From Lytechinus pictus (Eukaryota), in the NCBI RefSeq assembly GCF_037042905.1, contig NC_087251.1, forward strand, positions 42,844,001 to 42,908,000: 64,000 nt of DNA. The letters run 5' to 3'. The notes below the pieces were generated by a model. It was given only the letters and a program-made list of their open reading frames with translations, ran no database searches and was not told where the DNA came from. Positions 23,158 through 35,502 of this stretch are shown here, in pieces; within the stretch, counting starts at the first letter, position 1; every line of letters starts with the position of its first letter. The position numbers were made by a program, and so were the translations under genes.

Positions 23158-24292
23158 TAAGGTTGTGTCTGTGCTATATTTGTGTTATGCTTTATTATAC
23201 CAAGTACAATGTGCGCATACATGTACAGTAAACACATCAAATTAGTCCAATTGGGAGTAAATGAATCCACTGGGTATGGCTGCTTAGTAGTTAACATTAG
23301 AGAAAAGGAGCTGTGGGACATTAACATTTGCTATCTTATCAAATAATAAGATCTAGGAGTATTGTTGCATAAAACAAATAATGCATGCCTTCGTTAGTTC
23401 ATTATATGATTCATCAGCTCTCGTTGAGGCTGTGTTCAATCTATTTCACTTGGCCTAACGTCTTTGTGCAATAGTGTGAACAGAGCCCCAATTAAGGTTT
23501 TAATAAATGGTATAATGTACTCATGTTCATGCATCATTTGTATGATATTGAAAAATTATTGGAGTTGATTGATAGAATGTCGATACTCGTTTACACAACA
23601 ACAGGTGAGGGTAACAAGATCATCAAAACAAATGTGATAGTTTTAAAATTTGATTTATGAGAAAATCATTTATATTCATGATTTGAAACATTTCACAAGG
23701 CCAAATACACACAAGATTTTGCTAATTGGTTGCCCTAACAATGGTACTAATCATATAGCTTGGTACTTTTATTTGTTTCTTTTGAGGCTCTGTGAATTTA
23801 GTTCAGAACAAAATAAGCAGAAAAGAGTTCCAGTAGAGTTGTAAAAAAAGTATTTCCATGTTGAAATGTTTGCAGTTTGGAACCAACTGTTTCCAAGAAA
23901 CAACAATCTCTAAAAATGAGTCCTTGAGAAATATTATTTCCCGTGATTTTGACACGTGTATTTGGGGCTTGAATTGATCAAGTCTTAATATTGTTTCTTC
24001 AAAATAGCCTTAATAGATAATTATGATTGTTTGTTTATCAAAATTTTGCAACATTGTTTGAAATTTTGGAAATACTTTGATCTACAACAAAATTCCACCC
24101 TTGACATCATAAGTAAGGCAAACTTGTGTGTAATGAATGTGACTGAGTTCTAACAGTCTGGGTCTTTTGATAAATACACTGTGCGAGTATGGTATAAAGT
24201 TAAATAACTCGTCAGAAGTATATTTGAAATGGATAGCAATATAAACCGCTCCTAACCTTGTTCCTTTCCTTCCTCTTTCTTTCCAACACCAG

Positions 24293-24439
24293 GTACGTTG
24301 GGCTGACATTGAGGAACGCCGTGATCAGGAACGTATGCGTGCTGTAGGTTTCGTTATCGGGCAGACGGCTACCGATTGGGCCAAGATCACCGACGACAGT
24401 TACGCAGACAAGGCTCTCAACCGCACCAAGTACATCTAA
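24293..24439 (+). CDS. YLPM1: YLPM1 last coding exon VRWADIEERRDQERMRAVGFVIGQT...DKALNRTKYI*
   Basis: cctaac branch point, long pyrimidine tract and caccag acceptor; TAA at 24437-24439; C-terminus closely matches human VRWADLEE...IGFVVGQTDW...ALNRTKYI. Confidence 0.97.
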   Translation, partial: VRWADIEERRDQERMRAVGFVIGQTATDWAKITDDSYADKALNRTKYI

Positions 24440-25682
24440 CACGAAAAAATTGTAAAGTAATTTCTATGGAACAGGTGAGCATATTTTGGTCGTTAATATT
24501 TTTAAAAATATATATATATTTTGCACAAGTTTCTGGTGAGAAAACTTGTTTTTTATTTCTGATTTTAAGTGTTTCTAGAATTCTAGTTCCATAACACTAT
24601 AAATCATTTTTAAGACATTGTGATATGACTGGCATATGTTTATAACTCAGTTCTATTATTTACTTCATTGATTATTGTTCATTGATTTGATATTTTTATA
24701 AGTTTAAGGCCATGCTTTCAATTCATGTTTTAGTTTAAATGTTGGAGGCTATTTTTATTTGACAGAACATACTGATGTTACATGGTATTGGCATTTAGTA
24801 TGGGTAACATCTGCAGATTGGCAAAGATTCTAGTTTGCAATGCAAAAAAATATTTTTTCACTAATATAGTTATCATACAAATTACTTAAAAAGAATATCG
24901 AACCTTTCCATCACAGACATTTTTAGACATTTTTAGAAACAGTTATAATGAAGGATAAATAATAATAATTTGTGTCAGTTCAGTACATTTGGCAATTTGA
25001 GTATCTCCACTGCAGATAGCTTTTAAGTTTGTACACAGATTTATAATTTAAGTCTTAGTTTGTTAACAAAAGTCCTAAAACTGAAATCTGCATTAGGGAT
25101 TTAATCAATCTATGGCACAGATATATGTTTATTTAAAGCATGCTCTTGTAAATTGTATTGTTGATAAAGGAGGATACTAAATCTAGCTATTTTTATATAC
25201 CAGTGTGATCTATAGAAATTATCAACTTTTCCAAAAAGGAGTCACACCTGAAATCTAATCGCACATGTCTGCAGTACACGGGGATGTGACATGCCTGTTG
25301 TCCGACTTGAGTCGAAACTCTTACTTTTCTGTAAAAAATAAATCCCAAACAGTTGTCCAAGAATGACACTAATATGACACCTTGGTTACTTGTGTGTAAA
25401 GTGTTGATTGGGTAGTTAGATATATATTAAAAAGAAAAAAAATCCTGCACTGATGTGACCTGGTGGCATATGAATGTACTGAAAGTTATTGGGTGGTTTA
25501 TCAAGGAAAATATACAAAAAATACGATGGAAATTCTTTCCATCATCATTACCAATGGGATACTGGAGAGGATTGCTCTTGTAAAACTCTCATGATACAAA
25601 CTACCGATGGTATGGGAGCCAACTATTTCTATGTAGTCCCATACATGCCTTTTTGTGGGCAGTGCATGTGACCCACAATCAT

Positions 25683-25829
25683 GGGCCTGTTTCATGAAAC
25701 TTGTTATAGTAACAAATTTGCAATAATGGTTAAAAGCTACTGAAATCATTCAGTCTGATTGGTTGATGGTAAACTTTATTTAGAAACTGTGCATTTGTTG
25801 TCATAACAAGTCTTAATGAAACTGGACCC
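25683..25829. mobile_element. Harbinger-type MITE (~147 bp)
   Basis: GGGCCTGTTTCATGAAACTTGTTAT ... ATAACAAGTCTTAATGAAACTGGACCC; related copy at 27368-27503. Confidence 0.7.
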
Positions 25830-26003
25830 ATGGTTGGCTGTCTTGTGATTGCCCACCTCCAAACGAAATGTTTGCCTCATTTTGCCACTGATTACACTAT
25901 TACACAAAGGGAAATTGTGCTTCAAAACTAGCACATAACTTTGATAAAACATCACTTTTTGAAACATCCCAGTTTATTAATGTGTATATATTCAGAATGA
26001 TGG

Positions 26004-26009
26004 AATAAA
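26004..26009 (+). promoter_or_regulatory. Candidate proximal poly(A) signal of YLPM1
   Basis: AATAAA with upstream TGTA (25983) and downstream U/GU-rich TTTATTGGTTTTCTTG. Confidence 0.45.
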
Positions 26010-26421
26010 TTGAGTAAAATTAATACAGTTTATTGGTTTTCTTGTAAATTTTAATCCTTAGACTGTCCTACCCAAGGTCAATGGAAAATCTCATCAGCCT
26101 GAAAGGAGAGGAGTTCTGCCAAGGATATATCTGTAAATAGCTTCTTGCACCGTTTTTAATTTCATTCATAATTTTGAGAAAATCCTCTTTACCCTGCTCA
26201 AGTGGTAATGACTGTATCTAATTATTAAAGCAGCCTGGTACTGCGTCCCAGAGCCCTTGACATCTCGAAGACCTCTGATACTGCCGCTTCGACCCCTACC
26301 AGCAAGATGGTCTTTGCCTTCAAGTGGGTATCCTCTACCGACGTACTGGTGTCAGCAGAATACTCACCTAGAGGTCGTAGAATGCAGCTATAGTGACTGA
26401 CATTGTAACCTGCTCAACTCA

Positions 26422-26573
26422 GGGGCTCCCCATTTCATAAAGAGTTGCAACTATTGTACCTTCGCTATTATGGCAACTACCATGGTAACATCGGCCAATC
26501 ACAATCAAGCATTCCGTGGAATATTTCAATAATTGCAAATTTACGATAGTTGTAACACTTTATGAACCGGGCC
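26422..26573. mobile_element. Harbinger-type MITE (X-box/CCAAT family)
   Basis: TTCATAAAGAGTTGCAACTAT ... ATAGTTGTAACACTTTATGAA inverted ends. Confidence 0.7.
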
Positions 26574-27559
26574 ATAACAATGAATTTGCCTGGATGCAGT
26601 AAGTGATAGGTACGTTTACAACTGTGGACTTGTCTCTAATTCTCCAAAGAATAGGTGTCTACTCTTGGCACTCCCAGAATTCAAAGTAAAGGCTTGTCCA
26701 TATATGGCAGGATAATAGATAAAACGTTTGAAATGCAATTTGCAATAGCTAGAAACAGAAAAAGATGAAATGTAAAAAGCGTTAAGTCAAAACAGTCTAA
26801 GTTGAAAATGATTGACTGCATTATTTTCAAATCGGGCTAAACAATAGATAATAGTTGGTTAAAGTTTTTGTTTGCACATAAAACTTCTCATTGCAGTTAC
26901 TTATTACATTCTGTGGTATAGAAACATCTTAATCCAAGCTTGGTTCATAATTCATAGCATTCATTTTTGGTTTGTTTGGCTATATCACCCCCCCCCCCCA
27001 CCCCTTCAACAATACACATGTAGATATAGTAATCATGATTGGGTTAGCAGAATGTATCAAATTTGGACTTTTCTGGTCACAGATATCACAAAAAATATAG
27101 ACAGTCAAGAAACTTTGGTCTAACAAAATTCTGCAGGACCTCTGCATAAAACCCTCAATCAATATAAACATGCTCTGATTCTTTGACAAATCTTTGCTGC
27201 CAGTCAGTCAAATGACATTTCATTGGGCTATAACTGTGGCTTGAAACTTAACATTGATAATAAGCTTTATTCATGAAACAGGAATCTGGCTTGGGATTTC
27301 AGTAGCTTTTAACTGCAGCTTGGAACTTACCATCAATAAAATGCTTTATTTATGAAAAAGGACTCTGGTCAAGGAGCAGTTACACAAATTTGCAATTATT
27401 TGTTTTAAGCTACTGAAATCATTTGATTTGATCGGCCGATAGAAAACTTGTTATAGAAATTGCACATTTGTTTTTTATAACAACCCTTTGTGAAACGGGG
27501 CCCTACCTTTCATTATTCTAGTCATATGTGAACAAGCCTTTCAATGAGTCAGTAATCAG

Positions 27560-27824
27560 GGCCCCATCTAACAAACAGTTACGATCGATCCGATCGACCT
27601 CACCAGTGTGGAAATCCATTAATATCATAGTTTTTTTTCTGCAGAAAATTTGCACAATGTCCTTTGTTAACAAAGAAAAGGACACTGAATTTTTAAAGAA
27701 AAAAATTAATGTATGAATATACATCATATCTAGAAAATATTTTGAACAATCGATATGTTTGCATTACTGACTTTCCATAGTTGTGGTTGATCGGATCAGT
27801 CACAACTCTTCGTAAGAAAGGGCC
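27560..27824. mobile_element. ~265-bp PIF/Harbinger-like MITE, copy 1
   Basis: GGCCCC...GGGCC termini, CAG TSD (27557-27559, 27825-27827); homologous to 29881-30143 and 34423-34689. Confidence 0.85.
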
Positions 27825-29880
27825 CAGATGTATGTAAATGATGCAGTGATTAGTTGAAAACACAAATCCCCTGTGGAGATGGCAGTATAGGATTGTCAGA
27901 GTACGATCACACATTGTATACCAATTTGAATCCATTTTGCATGTTGGCCTTGAGGGAAAATACAAAATTTGCTAGAGGTTTTCTGGACAAAGCAACCATT
28001 AGTGTAAAGCTGAGAATTATCAGTCTTATCTAACTTTTCTTAAAAAGTATTCATAAATGACACATCTCTGTAGAGATTAGGCCTCCTTATTTTATTTGAT
28101 ACAAGTTCTAGTTTGTATACTCCAAGCATTAAAAAATAAATGGAAAGAGCATACCACATTCACTTTGGCGGACAGTATCTGAATTTAAAGGAAAAAATCC
28201 TATATCTAGATACTTTCCTGTGACGATATAAGTTAATAAAAATACTTGAGTTTTGTTTGTTTGGAGTCAAACTTGAATTTTTATAATTTCATAAAACAAA
28301 AACTTTTTTCAGTGGATGTCTGCTGAAGCAACCAATGTATCTGACAAAAGATTGAATGTTTGGCTGATCTTCAACCGAGCTGAATAGTGAGGGAAACTTA
28401 ACTCGGCCATTACAGCATTGATAAACATCTTCATTTAAAAAAATAATTGCAATTGAAGCATTAATGTAATCAAATAGTGCTTTGTCCTTGATTTAAGTGT
28501 CATATTTCAAAAAAAATTATTGTGAAATATTCCTTAAAATATTCAAATAGCACCAGCATAATAAATTTTCGGTACATTCTCTTCATTGTCATTTGTCATT
28601 CACATGTGCATATTATAGAGTGCCTCAAATGTTAGAGGAGAACCTAAGCTTTGGCAGAGATATGTCATTCATGAATTATTCTTAAGCTTAAGTTATGATA
28701 AATCATTAATAATTCTCAAGTTTGTTCCCACTGGGATGCACTGCATACACTTGCAATTTTTCATGAGTTCCCCAGGAAAATAAACATCTATAGATTAGAT
28801 GTTTAATGTAGACCTTTCTCGTTTTTCCACCTGACTGTACCATCAATCTATTGTGTTCACAAATGTTTTGAATATGAGCAGTGTTTAATGTTTATTCTCT
28901 GATATATTTTAATCAGCCAATCATTTCTGGAGATCTTAAATTTGAAGTGTGTCGTGTTATATTGTTTCAGAGGAAGTTGTAGTTGTCATTAACGATGGTT
29001 GCCTGGCAAACCGGCACGTCACACTGGCTTGTATTGGGGACGCGACGGTTTTAACGTGCCGTTCAAGTTTGGAAAAAATTGCCTTTTAACCAAATCTGTA
29101 CTTAATTAAATATTCTTTGCTTCATTTTAATGTAGAATTATTGAAAAATGCATTACTTTTCATGTGATGCTTTGGGACATCGACCTGCGAAAGGTTTTGC
29201 TTGAAGAATAAATGGATATTTGATGTGTAATGGTTTGCTAGGTAACCAATTAGTGAAATAATGAGATTTAGATACTTTTAACTAACAGGAGTCTCTTATG
29301 GGAACCTTGTGACTTAGAAGAAATTCAAATCAGATATGAATATGGTTCTAGGGCTTTGCTTTGTAAATATGTTTTTTACTCTTTTCAAGTTGTGAAATGT
29401 GAAATGCCAAAATTGAATGAAGCAGAAATTTTTATTCATTTATGATAAGATCGTGGCTCAATGCGGAGGATGACATATAGCAATGACATTCATATATTAT
29501 TTCCAGCTAGTTTAAGATGTGTAAATAATGATGTCAATCTTTGTGTTAAACACTTCTTTCGATGGCATGTTCAAGAGTCTAGACAATTGTTTTTACTTTT
29601 CATTTTGCCCCAGCCCCCCCCCCCAAAAAAAAAAAAGATTTGCACGATGTCAAATTTGCGTAATAATTTGATGAGTGTTGTAAATAATTATTGTTTGTTT
29701 ACCATCCTTGAAACATCATTAATTCAAGAGGTTTAGTTTGATTTAATGACATGCAACTTGTTGTAGTGCATTAAATGAGTTGTAGTATCTTCAAGTGATA
29801 TTGCCTTCTCAGTCTGCTGACCTAGTAGTGAAACCCTTTCCCCTATTAAAGCCACATTACACCGGCAAATCCAATTCCTG

Positions 29881-30143
29881 GACCCCGTCTTACAAAGAGT
29901 TATGATTGATCCGATCAATCTCAAGTTTATGGAAATCCATCAATGACATAATTTTTTAAAAGGAAATTTGCTCATTGTACTTGAAAACAAAGAGAAGCAT
30001 ACTGAATTGTCAACAATACAGTGAATATATGAATATGGTCATTCATAAAAAAATATTTTGAAAAAACATGTATTTTAGATGTTGATGTTGCTGGCTTTCC
30101 ATAGTTGCAATTGATCAATAGTAACTCGTCGTAAGACGGGCCC
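29881..30143. mobile_element. ~265-bp PIF/Harbinger-like MITE, copy 2
   Basis: CCCGTCTTAC...GTAAGACGGG TIR; CTG/CAG flanks. Confidence 0.85.
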
Positions 30144-32152
30144 CAGACCGACAAATGTGCAGTGACAAACTATCAATTAGTTTAGGGTTGGTTTCGTTGA
30201 TGTGACTATATGCATTTCTCAACACCTTAGAACGTGACCCAACTCACAACATAATGAAACCCTGAAATTTCAATATTTGATTGAGATTGCATTGAGGAAC
30301 TGAACTGCCCAGAGCATTAGCAACTGATGGTGTGATGCAGCTCGTGAAGTTCTTGCAAATCATTATAATCCTCGCTCTATCAAATTAATTTTCAAAAGAA
30401 AAAAAAAATGTTGTGTTTCAAGTTGTTGCTCTTCAGATAGAGAGATTCACCATGACATATACAAATGCAAGATTTTGTCTATTTTGTGTGGTACCTGAGA
30501 ACAAAAGTTATTATGAATCTTCACTTATTAACAATGTGTTAGTATAATGCTATTATTTTTAATGGCCCTTACAACAAAGTTGGATAGTTTCTCCAAGTTT
30601 TTTGTGTGTGAGGTTTACATGAGCAGGAATGTAATTTTCCAATGATAATTTACTTCTGCTGTGTATTTCTAATTTTCCTGTCCAATTGAATATGAATTTA
30701 CTTATATTTTTAGTACATGAGCTTGAATTGAGTTTTGAAATATTATATTTTCTAAAAGCAACCTTACAAGTAAGATAGATTTTGAGATATGTATATTGAT
30801 AATTGGCAGTGAAGTTTGTATGGCTGCAAGAATTCAGTTATTGTTCATGATGGAAAGTTGACTCTAAAAGCTTCCCTTAGATACTTTGGAGGAAATTGTG
30901 GTATTTGAATGCAAAAGGTAATTTGATTGTCATACCTCAAAATGAGCATATATAAACCTTGATATTGCAAGCTTTTAACAATATTGTCTTAGAAAAGACA
31001 ACATTTGCGATAACAAGATTTGGGCATTTGTGGACCTCTATGCAAAAGTGGTTTTATAAGGTTCATTGTTTTATGACTCTTTTCAAAGTTTTAGTCAACC
31101 CTTTGACTAAAAAGTGGGAACCTCTCTGCCTATAGGCCTGAACCGATATCAGTAACGCAATTTGCAACAAAAGTGAATGTGCCACCTTTTGGAAGCAAGC
31201 TTTTCATAATCTTGTAGAAAGCATAGAATTGTAATTTTTGTAATTTATAAAGCAGTGATTGAAAAGCTCATTGATGTTCATGAATATCATTGATAAAGCC
31301 ATATTGCAGCTTCTTTCAAAACACAACTTCAGGTAACTTCAGTAACGGAATGAACTTCTTGTTTTGTTCTCAAATGTTTACTAGTACATTGATATATGCC
31401 ATTGTGTAATCGAAGCGTGGTTGCAGTATTTTGATGAAAATAGTTCACTTCACTGAAATGATTCATTTTTTTTTATTTGTGGAAGGGAAGTGGTAAATAT
31501 AGAAGTGGTAAATATGCAATGATAACTGAAAGTGGTTGTCGTAATCACTCAATATATCATTTCAAATCTGTATTACCATCATATTGGGTTGGTTCAGGTT
31601 ATGATTTTCCCTGGAATTATTCTTTCGATTAAAAAAAATTGAAACTGCAATTTACTCCTTTATAAACAAAATAGTTTGTACATAATTACAGAAATTCATA
31701 GATGCATGTGTGGTTTCTTTGAACTAATTTCCTCTTAATTCACTTTTGATAAAAAACTATTTAGATTTTTTTTTTTAGATACAGCAAGTTTCTCTCCAGG
31801 TATGTCATTTTGAATATAAACTGGTTTCAGTTTCTTTTTATCCCATTGTACTTATCATGACGATTCCATAAATTCTATTCACTCAATATCGTGTTTACCA
31901 TGTGTACCAAGCCCATAGTGAAAATTAGTTGAGTGCTGTTGTAATTTTTTTGTAAAAAATCAGTTGTTTCATAAACACCTGATTGAATCCGTATTGAATT
32001 ATCATTTATAGTAATGCAGAATTCCTGCGGATTTAGCTTAAGAACTATGATACTTAGGCTCATTTTATGGTATCTGTTTATATTTGCACTATTCAAGTCA
32101 TGTTTCACTTGCTTGCATGTAAATGGCTTTCGTGTCAATGTGGTTTTCTTGA

Positions 32153-32158
32153 AATAAA
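32153..32158 (+). promoter_or_regulatory. Candidate distal poly(A) signal of YLPM1
   Basis: AATAAA with TGTA ~35 nt upstream and a GU/U-rich tract (CTGTCTTTGTGTGATCTTTTTTT) ~20 nt downstream. Confidence 0.5.
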
Positions 32159-32404
32159 TACCCAATGGGAACCACTGTCTTTGTGTGATCTTTTTTTATA
32201 TATTGATTTAAAAAAAATTCATACATTATATTACCAAATTGAAACAAAATAGCTGATGTAATATGTGGCATTACATTGTTTATAGTGTCCTATGCCTGGA
32301 TTTGGTTTATAGAACAGGTAAGTGGACATGAATATGTAGATGATCATAATCATGAACAAAAATGATATATCTGAAGAATAATATAGTATGTAACATGTAT
32401 GTAT

Positions 32405-32572
32405 GGCGCTTCATGCAATGTTTCTAAGCATTACGTACTATAACCCGGCTTAAGCTCGGCTACCCTGATCAGGTGCTTGAGCATGCAAGGGATTCCCGCT
32501 TACCGGGTACCAATTTACCACACCTGGGTGGAGAGTGGCAAATGTTGATAAACGCCTTGCCAAATGACGCAA
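32405..32572 (-). mobile_element. SINE fragment (central conserved domain, tRNA head absent)
   Basis: Minus strand reads TTGGCAAGGCGTTTATCAACATTTGCCACTCTCCACCCAGGTGTGGTAAATTGGTACCCGG, resembling from recall the CTCCACCCAGGTG...AATGGGTAC core of invertebrate tRNA-derived SINEs. Confidence 0.6.
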
Positions 32573-34422
32573 GTTTTATGATGATTTTATAACTTTGTAG
32601 GGGTCTGTCTTTGTTTTAAAAAGAAGTGGAATTTTGTATTTTGCTGATTAATTCGGAACATTTCACTCGTGCTAAGTTATGAATGAGCCAATTATGTAAC
32701 TGATATCCAATTTCACCATTACCTGGTGAGGATGAACATGATAGTAGTCTGCAAAAAATGGTTTGAATGCACATTTGTTAGAGAAGATGATTGACATTTT
32801 AGTTTCCCAATGTCACGCCTGCCAACTGTTCTTATTTATATAATAATAGAGACAGCCCATACTTCCGAGGACCCTCATTACATTCTCTTGTCCCACTTTG
32901 TTCCTGAATCTGTAGCGTAAGAAAATTAAGGGGCCAAACAGGCCAACAATTCCAATACATTTGTGAGCAAGCTACCTTTTTTTAATTAGAAAAGCCAATT
33001 TTGTGATAGATTTTTTTTTTTTTTTTTGGGGGGGGTTCTGTATGCCAGTGCCTTGAATACTTGTCACTCCTTATCATAGCTCAATTATGCCCATCTCTGA
33101 AAAAAATAAACAGGATATTATGCCAGCTATACCAGCATATTTTGTAAAATCATCAGCTTATGGAATATATGATGCCATTATGAAAGAAAATATCAGTCGG
33201 GAAATTTACTTGAAAGTAACACAATACTAAAAAAAGTGCATAAGGTGGTCTCGTTGGCTATTTTAGTGGTAGAAGTCGTAGTAATATTAGCAGTAGGAGT
33301 GACATAATGAGCCAACAATTTTGAGGAGGGTAGGTATGGCAGATGGAGCGAATGTTCTAAAAATAGCATCAATTTTGACCTTGGGGGGGGGATGTAGATT
33401 TGACATATTCAGAAAATGTAACTTCTCTCTTTTGTAATGTAATTTCACTCTTTCCCTTTCATTTTCCCTCCGTTTTTCTTGGTCATGACCCGAAGCCCCA
33501 CCCCCGCCCCCCCGAAGGCAGTGAATAGTAGTATCAGTTATAGTAGAAGAAGTGGTATGATTGATGTTAAGAGTTACATGTCCAGAGACCTCTCTTTGTC
33601 TTTTTGATATACTTATTATCTTTTATAATTTATCTGTTCCTCTGATATATTTCTTTTCGTCTTTTTTAAAATTCATTTATTCCTCCCTTTCTCTTGTTTT
33701 TCTCTATTGAAAAATCACAGTGATGGTCGCCCCCGTCAGTGCTCCGTTAATAATAGTGTAGTAAGTTTTGCCAAGTATGAAATGGCCTTAATCATAGAGT
33801 GACGGTGCTGTGTAAAAAAAATAACTAAAACGTTGTTGAATATGTGTCTACCCCCCCCCCCCCCGCCAAAAAAAAAGAGAGAAAAGAATCAATATCAAGG
33901 CAATGAATAGTTAAGTTATAGCCAAAATTTGGTGGCTGAGAGGTTATTCATCAACATTTGTTATTTTACTGATCTCTTCTGTATGTCCATACACCCACCG
34001 CCAGACTTTCTCTCTTCTGTCTTTGTACACATGTGGCGTTATTCGAAGTGCATTGTTTCTTCCACAAATTTTTCATACCAAAATCAAGGGAAATAATACG
34101 GGGTGGGGCTCATTATAGCGGGGAAAGTGCATTGTGTCGATACGAGTCCCATCACAAGACATGTTTGACATTATTTTGTGTCATTCACGGGTGTCTGATG
34201 TGTTTTACTATAGGGAGGTTACGCATCGCGACGCAAAACGATGTCATTAAATAGAAAATGTATTGCCAAATGCCCTTCATGACAATGAGCAACCAAAAAG
34301 TCTTTGTCGAAAATTGGTGAATCAAAACGGCACTTTCGTCCTGGACTATGGTGAATCGACGTGCAGTGTATACGCAATTTTTCGTCAGTCAGCTCTGAAA
34401 CTTGGGACTAAATGCTGTTCTG

Positions 34423-34689
34423 GGCCCCGTCTTACAAAGAGTTGCGATTGATCCGATCAATCACAACTATGGACGGCCAGCAACGTCAACATCTAAAATG
34501 AAGATTTGTTCAAAATATTTTCTAGATGTGTATATTCATACATTTATCGTTCTCTTGAAGATTCATTGTGATTACGTTTGTTTACTAAGGAGATCGACAT
34601 AATTTCCTGTAGAAAAAATTATGGTATGGATGGATTTCCATCCAGTTGGGATTGATTGGATCAATCGTAGCTCTTTGTAAGACGGGGCC
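34423..34689. mobile_element. ~265-bp PIF/Harbinger-like MITE, copy 3 (reverse orientation)
   Basis: GGCCCCGTCTTACAAAGAG ... CTCTTTGTAAGACGGGGCC perfect TIR; CTG TSD (34420-34422, 34690-34692). Confidence 0.9.
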
Positions 34690-34903
34690 CTGGTTTACCA
34701 ATTTTCGATGTTCATTGTCATTTGAGGGGGCGTTTTCAATACATTTATTGTGTTCTAGAATTTGCTATGCGCGCATGGTGGTGCGAAAAATCGTAATGGA
34801 ATACGTGTATCATTTATTAACATAACTTTTATTATCCCGAAGTTATTTCCTTAAATTAAAAAAAAATGTATATATCAGAGCCCCCAAGCTCCTGTTTGAA
34901 TAA

Positions 34904-35502
34904 AGGACAAGTCGAATCCAACGACAAAAAGTGGATTTGAATAAAAAGAGAAAAATCCAACAAGCAGAACCGACACTAAAAATTTCATCAAATTTTGATG
35001 CAAATTAAGAAATTTATGACATCCATTTTCTCTTAATTTCACAAAACAATTATATGCGCATCTGTGCCCCGTTACATGAAATTTACCATTATGGTAACTC
35101 TGCCATGCAATTTTAACTGGCATGGAATCCTTGGTTTTGATTGGCTGTTGATCATCGTTACCATGGTAGGCAAAGTTACCATAATAGTAACTTTTATGCA
35201 ACGGGGCCCTGGTCGGTACGCAAATGAGGGGACTGATGACACCATTCACTCTATTCTTTTTGTATTATTGTTTGAAATATTTTAATTTTCTCATTGTGTA
35301 AAACAAAGTTTTATTACTCCCTGAACATGTGGAGTTAGCATTGTTTCAACATTTTGTGGTTCATTCAAGTTGGTCACTATTGTGTAATTCCATAAAATAT
35401 GTACGTCCGTCGCCCTATTATGTGGGACCTTCATGAAATTTTCTGTCTCTGATTTCTTGTTCTTTTGACAGTGTAATGCTCTCAAATGTGGACTTGGTCA
35501 GT
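34904..35502. mobile_element. Degenerate Kolobok-like MITE hosting a nested Harbinger MITE
   Basis: (A)TAA-AGGACAAGTC left end; GTGGACTTGGTC degenerate right end. Confidence 0.5.
35065..35208. mobile_element. 144-bp Harbinger-type MITE (X-box/CCAAT family), nested
   Basis: GCCCCGTTACAT ... ATGCAACGGGGC TIR; CTG TSD (35062-35064, 35209-35211). Confidence 0.82.

Noticed and set aside
22768..23160. 130-aa Leu/Ser/Ile/Tyr ORF
   Set aside because: (TATC)n microsatellite.
26228..26425. GC-richer segment as a possible extra exon or ncRNA
   Set aside because: No convincing splice sites or ORF; looks like a degraded SINE-type repeat, but the family could not be established.
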